From assembly GCA_951406725.2 (NCBI GenBank), contig OX597835.1, positions 50,282,001 through 50,346,000 of the forward strand: a stretch of 64,000 bases of DNA, in the 5' to 3' direction. A program made the translations under genes and the position numbers. Source of the DNA: Octopus vulgaris. Lineage: Eukaryota. Numbering within the stretch: position 1 is the first letter of the stretch; each line of letters starts with the position of its first letter. Under the pieces are notes generated by a model. The model had not been told where the DNA came from. It saw nothing but the letters and a program-made list of their open reading frames with translations, and ran no database searches. Below are positions 1 to 13,722 of the stretch, piece by piece.

Positions 1-41
1 ATAGATCAATTCCCAATCATTGTTAATGTTTAAAATTATCA

Positions 42-185
42 CAGGCATGGCTGTGTGGTTAAGAAGCTCACTTTCTGCCATGAAGTTTTCGGTTCAGTCC
101 TACTGCACAGCATCTTAGGCAGATGTCTTCTTGTATAGCCATGGGCCAACCAATGTCTCATGAGTGAATTTCATAGATGGAAACG
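42..185 (+). mobile_element. tRNA-type SINE head, family B (ggcgtggctgtgtggtaagaagcttgc...ccttgggcaagtgtc type)
   Basis: A-box-like tggctgtgtgg and B-box-like ggttcagtcc. The same sequence recurs many times in the window. Confidence 0.7.
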
Positions 186-193
186 TTGTGGTT

Positions 194-424
194 AAGGTGG
201 TAAGCTGGCAGAAATGTTAGCATGCTGGGCGAAATGCTTCGTGGTATTTTGTCTGTCTTTACGTTCTGAGTTCAAATTCTGCTGAGGTTGACTTTGCCTT
301 TCATCTTTTTGGGGTCAATAAATTAAGTGCTAGTTACGTACTGGGGGGTCGATGTAATCGACTTAATCCCTTTGTCCTTGTTTGTCCCCTCTATGTTTAG
401 CCCCTTGTGGGCAATAAAGAAATA
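194..424 (+). mobile_element. Complete SINE, family A (gctggcagaa...gagttcaaatt...actttgcctttcatcc type), with 15-bp target-site duplication
   Basis: Flanked by ggaaa(c/t)gttgtggtt at 179-193 and 425-439. Has Pol III A/B-box-like motifs. Confidence 0.85.
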
Positions 425-580
425 GGAAATGTTGTGGTTCAAGAAAAGAGATTAATGGAATAAAGACTTAAAAAGAGGTACTGGGCTCAGTTTATATTCA
501 ACTAAATGCTTCAAGCTGGTGCCCTAGCAAAGCCACTGTCCTATAGCCGAAAGAAGTCAAAAATAAAAGATGTACTAGAG

Positions 581-759
581 CAATGGTTCCCAACTGTTTT
601 TTACCCATAGACCCCTTTGATACCCCTTTCATTCCCATTTTACTCGGGTGGACTTCCATAGCTATTTGATGAGTATAAAAAGTGCCCTACTATATTTTTA
701 TAATGAAATATTATTAGGAGTCGTATAAAAAGCCGTTTAAGGCCATATAGGAACCACTA
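581..759. mobile_element. hAT (Buster/Charlie-type) MITE
   Basis: Ends caatggttcc ... ggaaccacta form degenerate TIRs. Perfect 8-bp TSD tactagag at 573-580 and 760-767 fits the NNNTANNN Buster target pattern. Confidence 0.8.
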
Positions 760-1570
760 TACTAGAGTGTTATCTGTCATATGCCAGGTAATGTAGGAAG
801 TATATTTTTACTACTATGGCCAATATCAGGAAATAGCATTCATAGAATAACTGTAATTTAGCCTTTATCAAATTTCTTAGTGCTTATAGAAAAACGAGGA
901 AATAAATAGTAATTTTCAAGAGAAAAATGTTTATCTTTGATTGAAATTAAATACAATAAATTTCTCATTGGTTTAACTGTTCCCACAACTATTTTGTCAT
1001 TTACTCCCCCTCCTCCTCTTCCTCTTCCCCTACTTCCTTCCTCTTCCCCTTCTCCTACTTCCTTCCTCCTCCCCATTCTCCTCCTCTGTCTCTATGATTC
1101 TTTTGCTTTCAGTGTGTCTGTGTGTCTTTAGGGTTCCTTTGCAAGTATCATATGGATCCCAGCCAGGTCAGGGTGAAGTAAATCTGGGGCAAGCAATCCT
1201 GTGGGTTATGCCTGGCCATTTGGTTGTCTATCTGTTCAAAGGTTGTTAAAGAACAACAACAACTGCAACAAAATATCTTGTATGTGCACCTATTCTGCAC
1301 TTCTTATGCTTACTTTCTCTGTATGTCTCTTTTATTCTCACTCCATCTCTCTCTATACGACATGACTGGGCAAATCAACCAACCAGGCAGCCAATATTAT
1401 ATGGTGACAGGTATTGGGTATTGATTAGATTAATTGCATCTGGTAAACTCCACTTTAACCACACTAACAACAACAGCCTTGTATTCTTAGTGAAGGGCTC
1501 TGGAAAGAAAGGAAGACCCCCCTCCCACCACCACCAGTTGATGAATAAATGATGGTGAAATTATATAATA

Positions 1571-1975
1571 GGTGCAGGTGTGGTTGTGTGGCAAGAAGCT
1601 TGCTTCCCAACCACATGGTTCTGGGTTCAGTCCCACTGCATGGCACCTTGGGCAAGTGTCTTCCACTATAGCCTTGGGGCAACCAAAGCCTTGTGAGTAG
1701 ATTTGGTAGACACAAACTGAAAGGAGTCTGTCATGTATGTATGCGTGTGTGTATGCGTGTGTGTGTGTGTGTTTGTCCCCCTGCCACTGCTTGACAACCA
1801 GTTTTGGTGTGTTTACATCTCCATAACTTAGCCATTCAGCAAAGGATATTGATAGAATAAATACCAGGCTTAAAAAGAAAATTAGTCCGGGGCCAATTTG
1901 TTTGACTAAACACCTAAAGTATTGCCCCAGCATGGCCACAATCTTATGACTGAAACAAATAAAAGAATGAAGAAG
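1571..1975 (+). mobile_element. Full-length family B SINE with internal (TG)n and conserved 3' module
   Basis: Head, (TG)n and the cttgacaacc...ccagcatggcc...actgaaacaa tail. Further copies at about 24085-24460(-), 29095-29520(-), 32495-32850(+), 33740-33900(-), 52360-52680(-), 56097-56480(+), 58783-58980(+) and 59440-59690(+). Confidence 0.8.
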
Positions 1976-4900
1976 TTGACTTACAATATTCTTTATTTCC
2001 TTCATGATGATAATTTAGTCAAAATATCCTGTCCTCATTCATGAAACTTTAACCACTGAGGTGTTGCATTTCACCCAATGGACACAGATAGTGTGTTGCT
2101 ACCCAGCTGGTGGAGATGTCCTCCTGGGGTTAAAAAGAGAAGTAACAGTGTTCTGTATGGAACAGCCACGTTGAGGTGGGAAACACAACCATTACTGTTT
2201 CTATCCCTTAACTGTTTTCCTTGTCCAAGTAAGGGATCTTTTATTTCATTACATCTTCAAATATGCAAAGCCAGCAGATGGGTTGTTGGCATCACACTTG
2301 CATCACTCAGGGTTTTTCCAAGAAGCACAAAATGTAAACAACTACACACACACACACACACATAATGTATGACCATCTTCTTTCAGTTTCCATTAACCAA
2401 ATCCACTCACAAGGCTTTGGACAACCTGGTGTTGTAGTCCATCTACAGACTGAACCCAGGATCACATAGTTGGCAAATGAACTTCTTAACCATGTTGCTA
2501 TTGTCTAATTAAGTCCTAATGATTGATTGTTCTTTTAAACAGTATTTAATAAAATTTTGTTGGTTCTAGTATTCACACCATTTATCGTTCTCCTAATCAG
2601 CATTGTCATCATCATCATTATCATCACCACCACCACCATAACCATCAACAACATTATCATCATTATCAGCCCTGTGATCATCATTGTCATCATCATCATT
2701 GTGGAATTAGAAGAAAAAACAAAACTAAACAAGTAATTATTAATGAGTAGAACTGATTAAAGTAAAAAAATTATTTTTATATTTTATTTTTAGTTTCTAA
2801 CATTCAAAACAGACAAACATTTTATTCACTGACGAAAGCAGTATTTAAAATTTATATCTTTTTAATTTTTTATATTCTTTATCTTCATAATTCAATAATC
2901 GTAATATTTTAAACAAACAGCAATTTCTAACATTCAGATGCAGTGGAATAAGTTTCTGAGCCAAAACTACTTGGCATTATTACAAAATTGTATAATAAAA
3001 GTGAAAATAATGGTCTGTATGTTGATGCTGTTGTAATGCAGACTTTACTCAGCTCTGATTGAATACTCCTTTAACAACCAATCGACCAAAATATTAGGTG
3101 TAACCCATGAGGTCTGTTGTGCCAGGTCTACCATACCTCTACCTGGCTGCGATATACTGTGATGGTTCATAAGATGTGAAGTGTATAAAAGCCTGAACCA
3201 TGGCCTTCGCTGAGGAGATGCACTGGATGGCACTGACTCCTCACTTCTTAATGGTGCACCCTCAGATTTAGAAAATACAGTTTACAAAAATTAGTGCCCT
3301 CTCGGAATATTTGGACCTCCAAGTACCAAAGTCCAGCAACGGGCGTGGCCTTGCCTGGCCATGTTTTGCACTTTACACTGTCTACTCTGTTTCAGTACAT
3401 TTGTAAATACTGGAGCTTCCCACGTATGTAGCTGGTAGAGTGGACAAGGCTTAGTCAGTGCTGGATTGATTATTAAGTAAAATGAGCATGTGTAGGGTCT
3501 TGAAGAGAAGGAGGGCCCACCAGAAATGGTAAATGGTTTATGGCACAAAAGAAATCACTTTAAACTTGCTAAAATAATATTCGGTATGCTTTATCTCTGC
3601 TAAGTATAGAAGCCAGTGTGTTACATAAGATTAATTTTGAGGATCTCATCAAAGAGTTTGCAATTAAAAAAAGAAAACTCTTCAAATATCAATAAAGAAG
3701 TATACAAAAATAAACATTATTTTCCATCTTGCTGTTAACTTTGTTTCATTTTGAAAAACATTTTATTTTATGGTTTATTATTATGTGTATTTTGAAGTAC
3801 ATATATATGGCAGCACCAAAATCTTTAAAGTGCTTAGGGCACTTTGGTGTCCGTTCTCCATGCTGGCATGGGTTGGACTGTTTGACATGAGTTAGGAAGC
3901 TAAAGATAGCAGCCGAATCTTCCACAAATCCCACCCTCCCACCTACCTTGCTTTACCTTGGGCCCTCAACTCTTTGACAAAGTTATAGAGGAGCCTATGT
4001 AACATGTGATGTATCTTGGGTGTCTTTAGACCTGGAAGACACTTCACCTATTCCAAGTTTGACCATGGCCAATTTCTTCCAGGAAAAGAAAAGACAAACA
4101 GACAATCAGAAAACAAGGGTTAGAGAAAGTGAAGAATTAATGCCAGTACAGGGGTGGTTACTTTATTTGTCAACTCCGAAAGGACGAAAAGCAAAGCTGA
4201 CATTGGTGGGATTTGAACTCAAAGTGCACAGAGCTGGAATAAATACTACAAGGCACTCTATCTGGCATTTTAATGACTCTGCTAATTGGTTTCCCTATTA
4301 AATTCACCACTCAAGAATAGATATAGTAACTCCACAAAGTTATCATGTGGTTTTGGTTGGCCTGAGGCTGTAATGGAGAACACTTGTCAAAGGTGTTGTG
4401 CTGTGGGATTGAACCTAGAACCATGAACTTACAAAGTTAGCCCCACAACCATACCTGCTTCTAGTTTTGTCTGTATTTCATTATAGTTACTCCCCTTTAA
4501 GACTGTGGAACTCTTCGTTTGAATCATGTTTGGTCTACTATAATTACCACACTCTAACGACTCTGACAATTAGCTTTGTTATCCTACCATCTACTGTCTT
4601 AGAAAAGGATAAGGTGGATAAGGTTGGCCCACAATTCTTGCATATAGTAAAAAAAGAAAAAAGATCTACAAAGGTCAAAACAAATGACAGGATGGTCACT
4701 GCTGGAATATCTCTGATCATAAGTCTGTTCAGTCAAGGTTAACCTGAGGCTAAATGACACCTTTACCTGCCATATTTCATCAGCTGATGTCAACTTACAT
4801 CTGTCGGAAATGAAATACCAACCGTATCAATCTGACCAGTTTTGAAGGCACTGTACCCCCCCCCCCCCCCCTTACCTCACCGTAAAAAAGACCACAACGA

Positions 4901-5677
4901 TATCTTTGACTGTTGCAGAAAGCCTTCGCTTATACAACCTCCTTATTAGATGCAAAAACAGAAATTGAAATATTTTCAATAATACAATAACATGGCTTTA
5001 TAAATGCTAGGAAGACTTGCACATAATTTAGCATTTAGAAACGATGTCACAGGATATCTTTTTATATTTCTCTTGGCTTTCACCATTCTTCTCACATCCA
5101 TTAACCCTTGTTTCCCCTTCTTCTTCTCTTATTTCCTCCTCTTCTGTTACTCCATTCTCTATTCTTCCACATCTTTTACCCTCTTCTCTTCTCATACTCT
5201 CTCTCTCTCTCTCTCTCTTCCTTTTGTGCTTCCTCCACTTCTTTTACCTTTACTTTTACTAACTGCTCTTTTACTCCCCCCCACTTGTCTTGCCTTCTCC
5301 TCCTCTTCAATGCTTTCCATTTCCTTTTTCTCCGTTTCCATACCCTCTTCTTTTACTCCTTCATCTTCTTTTCCCTCCACATCCCCCTCCTCTTTTTTCT
5401 TATACCTCCCCAACCTTGCTCCTCTCTCTCACTTTCCTTTTGTCATTTATTCAACAACAACTCTTTGACTTTTACTGCAAATCTTACAATTCTCTTCTTC
5501 CTCATGGCACGGGATTTATTTGCTCCCAGCATTTGAACCGTTTGCTGACATAGACTTTCCCAATCATAGCCTTTTATTTCTTATCCTGTCTTCATGTTAT
5601 TATAATTGTTTGGGAGTTTAATTCTATAGTAAATGTTGCTGCTGCCATTGTTGTTGCTGGTGATGGTTACTCTAGGT

Positions 5678-6590
5678 CAGTGGTTCCCAAACTTTCTTGG
5701 ACTGCTGCTCTCTTGGCACCCAGGTCGCATTCCTAGCACCCTTCCCGCCCCCTCCACACACTACCACAAACATAGACCTTTTTCTACTGAAATTCAAAAC
5801 AACTCTATTTCACAAATCGAACTTAAGATAATTAACTGATTATTTTGTTGTTTTTACCAAATGAAAAAGTGACTTTACAGCTCACCTGTAACAGCTCACC
5901 TGTAACTATGTTGTTTTCATTTTTTCAGTGCAATAGACATACATTGTGTAGGGGTATCAGCTTCTTGACATCCGGCTGAAGGGTGCTAAGAAGTAGTGTT
6001 TGATCCCTGCACTCAGTGATTTTCAGTCTGTTTCTTTGCTTTGAGAGGATCTGGACACTACACTGAAGCTCCACCTCACAAAATATGATGTTGGGAAGGC
6101 AACAAAGTAAATCTTGACTTTGTTCCACAGTTCAGGGTAGCAACCAGATATGTCCTTTTGCAATCAAAAATACTGACATGATTGTTTTGAATTTTGGCCT
6201 CAGCTCAACATCATTTTAAAGTGAAACCAGTTCTTCCTCCAATATTCATGTTTTTTCATTACTAATATCTGGGAATCACCCAGACTGGTATTTTAATCAA
6301 AAATCCTGAAATCCATCAAACATGTCTCTGTGCATGGTGTCCAGGTGTCAACAATAAATCTCAATGTCATCGTCTGGTAAGTGCTTTTCCTTCTCAGATT
6401 CAGAGAGGTTCCGAAATTGGAAAAACTAAAGATGGTTTATGTTACATTTGAGTAGATGTAACTTGGACAGAAACATGGAGAGGCTTGATTTTACTTTGAT
6501 AAGGTTTTTACCTCATTTCCCTGCAGTTGCAAATTAACTTCATTGAACTTTGTGAATATCTATGCCATTATATGTAACTGGCTTAAAAGC
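5678..6590 (-). mobile_element. Degenerate hAT Buster-group (ZBED8/SCAND3-like) transposon, 3' part with one terminus
   Basis: Minus-strand translation across stops and frameshifts gives KFNEVNLQLQGNEV...LEEELVSL...YPELWNKVKIYFVAFPTSY...QILSKQRNRLKITE...LQPDVKKLI. Terminal cagtggttcccaaact at 5678 is preceded by ctctaggt (NNNTANNN). Confidence 0.8.
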
Positions 6591-7699
6591 TTCACTCTGT
6601 GTGGACTTTTAAGCTAGCTCATGTGGAGGGCTAATTGGGCTTGTGGCCCCAAACTAAAAAGTGCTAAATAACATGACTATAATACATCTATAATGACTAT
6701 ATGCCCCCAGTGGTGTTTGATGAGAGGTTAAGGACGGATGAGAATTAATTCTGTAATGTAATCATTCTGTTGCTCCAGTCCCAATTTGAATTCCAACTGT
6801 TGGCCAATTTGTCCCAAAGTTCTTATCTTGATATAAATTAACAAAATGAATGCCACTTATCTCCGACATCATGAGACAAATGCCAACCAAGATGGCCTAA
6901 GTCAGCCAAGCTTTACCTGCTAGAAATAGCAACCCAAATGCTTTTAACTCAGATCCCAGTGCTGGATGTTCGAGAACCAAACAAAGGGCAGATTTTCAAT
7001 CCCGGGACCAACCTGATTCCAGAAAGGTATAATATGTCTATGTAGAGCTAAGTAGATTAAGATACAGGAGTCCCAGATGGACAGGCAGAATTTGCTTTTG
7101 TTATTAATAGATGTCATGATTGGTGTTCCTTGGTTCATTACAAAGAACAGAATAAGAATCATGCAAGAAATCAATAACTGTTTAAAAGATGGAATAGAAA
7201 CTTTCAGGCAATTTCCCTTTGACAGCTTTCACTTCTGTGTGCCACTACAAATGTTCAAAGTGGGGAATTCAGAGCATGGATTACTGCTGTGCTGACAGTA
7301 CTCATTGATTTGTTAAGTCTACTACTTAGGTTATTTGCAACCGGATGTTGTCTGAGGATTATGGTGTGCACTGTAAATATGCTAGGTATAACTTTTTCAA
7401 TAAAATGATGAAGCAGCGATGACAATCTGCCATTGTTGGTGCTCCGTCTTCAGCTCCAACTGGAAATACTGTCTCCTCTTTTTAGTATCTGTTTCTAGTT
7501 GTCTTACAAATAATAGCTCTTGAACCAAACGTTAATCTTTGATGAAACAAACATAAGCAAAGAGAACTAACCTTGCTGTAAGCTAAGTTTGGTTGTTCTA
7601 AGTATGTTAGACAATATAGCTTCACATACTGAAACAAACACTGGTAATACACATTTCCAGAGGAAAGATTTTTGCAATTAAAACCCTGAAACATGCATG

Positions 7700-7738
7700 C
7701 ATGCACGCACACACACATGCACGCACGCACGCACGCAT

Positions 7739-7817
<79 letters not shown>
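7700..7817. repeat. (CA)n microsatellite
   Basis: Directly visible. Confidence 0.98.
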
Positions 7818-7818
<1 letters not shown>

Positions 7819-8339
7819 CTGATTTTGCATGATAGCTAGCTTTTCCAAACTTTTTTCTCTGAAAAGCACATTCTTATACATACATACATACGTACACACA
7901 CGTGTGTGCATATGTGTATTTTTGTGTGTGTACCATCATCATCATCATCATCATCATCGTTTAACGTCCGTTTTCCACGCTAGCACGGGTTGGACGGGAA
8001 AAAATATATAAGAAATAATGGTGTCATTGAGACACCATTATCTCAAACCTTGAATCTGCTACATTCCATATAAATTCCCTACTGGGAATGACCAACTTTA
8101 AGAGAATCTTACATTGCTTATAAACTTTACATCTGGATGGACTCATATTAAACTCTGTTGGACTTTTGGATTTTACTCAAAGGATATTGTAATATTACAC
8201 ATATATACCATTATGCCTAAAAAACGGATTTATGAACTCAATAACCATTCATATCTCACATCTATTTTCTTTCCTCCACCTCACTCTCTATTTTGTATCA
8301 CATTGAAACTAACTATGACTTAATTTTTCCTCTCACACC

Positions 8340-8394
8340 GTCTCCGATGACGGGATATTATTATTAATTAATATTCTAGAAACAGCTGTAAGAC
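8340..8394 (+). ncRNA. Type I hammerhead ribozyme-like motif (U4C variant) in a Penelope-like fragment (about 8000-8460)
   Basis: gtct-CCGATGA-cgggatatt...aatattcta-GAAAC-agct-GTA-agac. Helix I gtct/agac, AT-rich helix II and palindromic minimal helix III acagctgt. Confidence 0.65.
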
Positions 8395-8475
8395 CTTCTA
8401 TCTATAAATGCTCTAATATCTATACAGCCTTGGTTATTTTATCTCATTATGCAAAAAATTTATATATATATATAT

Positions 8476-8830
8476 TGTGGCACTCTGTCGGTTATGACGA
8501 AGAGGGTTCCAGTTGATCTGGTTAACAGAATAGCCTGCTCATAAAATTAACGTGCAAGTGGCTGAGCAGCACATGTGTACCATTAACATTGTTCTCGGGG
8601 AGATTTAGTGTGACACAGAGTGTGACAAGGCTGGTCCTTTGAAATACAGGTGGAACAGAAACAGGAAGAAAGAGTGAGAGAAAGTTGTGGTGAAAGAGTA
8701 CAGCAGGGATCACCACCACCTCCTGTCAGAGCCTCATGGAGCTTTAGGTGTTTTTGCTTAATAAACAGTCACAATGCCCAGTCTGGGAATCGAAACTGCG
8801 ATCCTACGACCACGAGTCTGGGCCATTGTG
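8476..8830 (-). mobile_element. SINE family D (…aattaacgtgcaagtggctgagca… type)
   Basis: Reverse complement of the copy at about 62705-63035(+). Shares its head region with 20805-21090(-). Confidence 0.7.
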
Positions 8831-10639
8831 CCTCCACACACACACATATAGTAATAATAATAATCGATTAAGGAAACAGAAGATGGATCTGCTATTAATT
8901 TTAATTGTGTACGACAATTGTTTTGACCCATCCTGCGGCTGCCCCTTATGGGTTGAATGCTGTACATCATATTGTGCTGCAAAACTAATTTCTATTGTTA
9001 TTGAGTGTTCTCCAATGATCGTTTATATACTCTGAAAAAAAAAGTCTTGCCATTATTAACATATTTTCAAGTTTTATCTTCATCAACAAGAAATGCCTTA
9101 ATATTAAAAATTCTGCACATATCAAAAGTGATTTGAATAAAATTGAGGAAAAAGCTGTCAATATTTTATGATGTCTGCTGGTGGTTTATTTTATTTAATT
9201 TAAATATTTTAATTTCTTTTAGCTTATAAAATGTTAATTTGGCCTTCTTGACAGCAATTTAGCTCTGACTTGCAGTAAATGACATAATTGGATTTCTTAC
9301 AAATGTTATCTTAATGACAGCTATGGCAATCTCTGAGATATAACTTGATAGAATTTAACTTGGCTTTTTCTCAATCAATATGTTAAACTGTTAAGTTCTT
9401 TTTGATATTTTTTTCACATATTTTATAATAACTGTAAGACTTATTCATCTAATCTTATCTGTAGTTTAATTTAGACATTTTCTTTGTTTTTAGTTTTTTA
9501 ATTATTAATTTTCTTTGTGATATTATATGGTATGGCAACAGCCAAAGTCTGTGAATATTACTATCTTAGTTTTTGACTTCAAAATTCTACCAGTTGTCAT
9601 TCTATATTGAAAGAAAATTCTTTATAATTAACCTGTCTTTGAATGAATTTTTCCACTAATTTGTTCACTCTCTCAAATGATCCGTGTTATTGTTTTATCC
9701 TCATTGTTTGAACATCTACTTTTCCATGCTTACTTGAGTCAAACAAGAGTATGTTGGAGCACAGTTTTTCATGTCCTCCTTGTCACTGACCTCCACTTCC
9801 AATCCAAGTAAGATTCTTCCAGTCTATTTAACAACAAACAGCCAGGACATGTTTATAGGGAGAACTGCAAAACAACACCATACAAATAGACCTTTCATTT
9901 ATGATAATTGTGCCACTTGTTGAAAAGTGCAGATGGGATTTTGTAGTGGACTGTAAAGTGAATGGCAGCATTAACAAAGCCATTGCTTACAATCAGTGAA
10001 AGAACACATGCCTAGAAGCGGAAATATGAACTCACACATGCATCCACACATCCACACACTTTATCCTATGTACTGCTGGTTTTCATTGCTGTTTTTCTTT
10101 ACTTGACTTAATGACTGCTTTCTGTCTTTTCTTTCACTCTAGTGAATCTGAGCATTCTATACAATAAGCTCATTATTATCGTCATTATTATTAAGGCAAG
10201 CTGGTAGAATCATTAGCATGCTGGACAAAATGCTTTTTGTTCTGAGTTCAAATTCTGCTTAAGTTGACTTTGCCTTTCACCCTTTCAGGGCCAATGACAG
10301 TTGAGCACTGGGATCGATGTCATTGACTATCCCCCTCCCCATAAAATTTCAATCTTTGTGCCTATAATAGAAAGAATTATTTTAAATATATTTTATTTTA
10401 TTATTTTAAATTTCTAGTCATTATCACTTTTCCTCCAGACATTGTAATTTTTTATTTTGTGTGTGCTTCTAAATTGTAATAGCAACTTTAAAATATACTT
10501 GATCAGTGAGTCATCATATCTTTAGAAACATGGATTGTGAAATTATCATCATTTAACATCTGTATTCCATGCTGGCATGGATTGGACAGTTTGATATGAA
10601 TCTGATTATCCAGAGGAATGTGCTGAGCTGTCGTTTCCG

Positions 10640-10976
10640 GCTCAGAATTTCTGGAACCACTGTTGTCACTGGCTTACGCTTGTTGTCGGATCCCCATGTA
10701 CTACGTTAATATTCCTCACACTTTCCATTGCTTTGTTGCCTTTATTGAACTCATAAAGCAAAATATGCTGAATATGCTCCTTTGTCCTTCCATTATGGCT
10801 TTGAAAAAATAACTGTTAAAATCGAACTGCACTCTTAAAAACTTGCACTAAGAATAAGGACAAGGTAAAATTGCTACCTGCTTTTATAACAAGTTGATGC
10901 AGGTAGTTTATCCTGTCCCCCTCCAACTTTTAGTTCATGCAATTGAAACAACTGCATTATTCATGGGATGATCCAA
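10640..10976 (-). mobile_element. Mariner transposon 5' fragment with one TIR
   Basis: Colinear and highly similar to 31330-31655. Ends in ...catgggatgatccaa followed by TA. Confidence 0.8.
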
Positions 10977-11339
10977 TACTATTAATATTCTGCTGAAGTT
11001 GACTTTATCTTTCATTCTTTTAGGGATTGTGGAAATAAGTACCTGTTGAGGGCTTGATGTCCCTGTAGTCAACTAGCCCCTCTCACCGAAACTTCAGGCC
11101 TTGTGCCTTCATCGTTATTATTAAGGCAGCAAGCTGGCAGAATTGTTTGCATGTCAGACAAAATGCTTCTGGTTCTTTAGGTTCTGAGTTCAAATTCTGC
11201 CAAGGTTGACTTTGCCTTTCATCCTTTTGGGGTTGGTTAAATAAGCATTAGTCAAGTATTGGGGATGATGTAATCAACTTGTTTCACCTTCAAAATTGTT
11301 GACTTTGTGCCGGAATTAGAAAGAATTATTATTATTATT

Positions 11340-12190
11340 ATGCGTAAGCTCACAAGGAATGAAGCCGGTATGCTCCAATGGATGTGTAATGTCAGTGTGC
11401 ATACTTGACAGAGTGTAGGTACCTTGAGAGAAAAGTTGGACCTAAGAAGCATCAGTTGTGGTGTGCAAGAGAGACGTTTGTGCTGGTATGGTTATGTGAC
11501 AAGAATGGATGAAGATAGTTGTGTGAAAAAGTGCCACACCCTAGCGGTTGTGGGAACCTGTGGAAGAGGCAGACCCAGGAAAACCTGGGACGAGGTTGTG
11601 AAGCATGACCTTCGAACTTTAGGTCTCACCGAGGAAACAACGAGAGACCGAGACCTATGGAAGTATGCTGTGCGTGAGAAGACCCGGCAGGACAAGTGAG
11701 ACCATAACCCATGGCCTCTACCTGGGTTGTAGCCAGTCCACTTATGCATACCTTTCCTTCTTGGGACACAAAACTCTACTTGTGAAGACCTGCTGAGGCA
11801 GGTGAGAATCAGAATCAAAATCGAAATCGATCAACATCAATGGAAATTGTAGCTGTGATACCAGTGCCGGTGGCACTTAAGCGAACCATCCGAACATGGC
11901 CGTTGCCAGCGTCGCCCCGACAGGCCTCTGTGCCGGTGGCACGTAAAAAGCACCATCCGACCATGGCCATTTGCCAGCCTCGTCTGGCACCTGTGCCGGT
12001 GGCATGTACAAAGCACCCACTACACTCACAGAGTGGTTGGCGTTATGAAGGGCATCCAGCCGTAGAAACATTGCCGGATCAGACTGGGCCTGGTGCAGCC
12101 TTCTGGCTTCCCAGACCCCAGTTGAACCGTCCAACCCATGCTAGCATGGAAAGTGGACGCTAAATGATGATGATGTTGATGACGATAATG
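11340..12190 (+). mobile_element. 5'-truncated RTE LINE (copy 3)
   Basis: ORF end ...GRGRPRKTWDEVVKHDLRTLGLTEE...DRDLWK, 3' UTR hairpin repeats and a (GAT)n-type tail. Begins right after an (ATT)n SINE tail. Confidence 0.9.
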
Positions 12191-13454
12191 ATTTGAATGC
12201 AATTACTCTCAGTGGTTAAATAAGTAAAAGATTTTGCAGAATACTCAGAGAATCAGACAAAATGTTGTGTGATGTTTATTTCTGGGTTCAAATCCTGCTG
12301 AGGTGAACTTTTCCTTTTAATCTTCAAAGATCAATAAAATAAAGTACCATTGAATATTGGAATCAATACAATTAACTGCTCTCCTCCCCCAAATTTCTGG
12401 CCTTGTGACTTCATTAGAAACAATTGTTATTATGTGTATTATTAAATTTGATCAAGTAGACCTATAATCAAAGGTGTTCCAGTCTAGTCATGGCCATCCC
12501 ATCTTTTCACATATCAGGGACTTCATTATCCAGTGCACCCTTCTTTACTTAAGATGACAAGATGTGATTTGAGGGAGATTTTACTGATGTTTCTAGCAGA
12601 TTGAGTGATTGTATAGAGGCTCTTGCATTGGCTTTAGAAAATGCATGTGTGGATTTAGGTGTGTGTATGTGTGTGTGTGTGTGTGTGTGTGAAGGGATGA
12701 GTGCATGTGTATGAGTGTGTTAGTGAGCATGTATGAGAAAGTGTGTATGGTGAGTGTTAGATACGAGTTGAAATATTAAATGTAAAAAAGAGATTAGCAA
12801 GCGAGATAAAAATTGATAAACACAAATCAATAAATGAATTAGAGAAAAATATAAGTGTGCCATGTTTACCATATAAGGAAAGTGTTGAATGTCAATAATG
12901 TACTTCACTAAAAATAACTTCTTTATTCCTTCTTTTCTTCTTCTTTTCTTCAGCTTCTTTCTCTTACTATTCCTCTTTCTGCGTTCTCCCCCCTCATTGC
13001 TCATTAATATTAATATTATTATTATTATTACTGAACTGCAGTTCTGGGTCAAGCACAGACCAAGATTGGGCCTTTTGTAATTGGAAAGTTGCCAGTTGCT
13101 CACTAACACACTCCAGCATCTGGTTACACAGACAAACGGTCTCGTCTCTCTGCTTCTTCTACCACTACTACAGTGGCCACTGCTCCGCAAAAGCAAATTG
13201 ATTGAAATTGCTGGCCTTGTGCCTAAATTACAAAAATTATTAAAAGTTGTGGGTTGGAAGACTTGTAAGCATGTGGGAAGAAATACCTTATGGGATTTTT
13301 TTTCAGTTCTGTACATTCTAAGTTCAATTCCTAGCAAGGTCTACATTGCCATTCATCCTTTTGGGATTGACAAAGGACCATTCTCAGAATGGGGTTTGAT
13401 GGTTTGACTAGCCCCTTCCTCTAAAAATTGCTAGCCTTGTGCTTAAATTAGAAA

Positions 13455-13496
<42 letters not shown>

Positions 13497-13722
13497 GGTG
13501 GTGAGCTGGCAGAATCATTACCGTGCTGGAAAAATGCTTAGTAGCAATTTGTCTGTCATTGCGTTCTGAGTTCGAATGCCAGCAAGGTCAACTTTGCCTT
13601 TGGTCTTTTTGGGGTCGATAAAGTAAGTATCAGTTGACTACTGAGGTCAATGTAATTGACTAGTCCCTTCCCCCAAAATTGCTGGCCTTGTGCCTTTAGT
13701 AGAAAAGATTATTATTATTATT

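Noticed and set aside
194-290. tRNA genes
   Set aside because: The A/B-box-like motifs belong to SINE heads. I could not build a full cloverleaf for the copies examined.
4871-4940. Minus-strand exon ending at gag|gtaagg
   Set aside because: No recognisable peptide, partner exon or clear acceptor.
5004-5553. Overlapping Leu/Ser/Phe-rich ORFs resembling membrane proteins
   Set aside because: Pyrimidine-rich low-complexity DNA that lacks stops. No splice signals or domain motifs.
5925-6590. ZBED8/SCAND3 host gene
   Set aside because: Multiple stops and frameshifts and an adjacent hAT terminus indicate a transposon relic.
11864-12010. CRISPR-like palindromic repeat-spacer array
   Set aside because: It lies in a eukaryotic LINE 3' UTR, the spacers resemble each other and there are no cas genes. 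It is a tandem repeat, reported as a finding instead.
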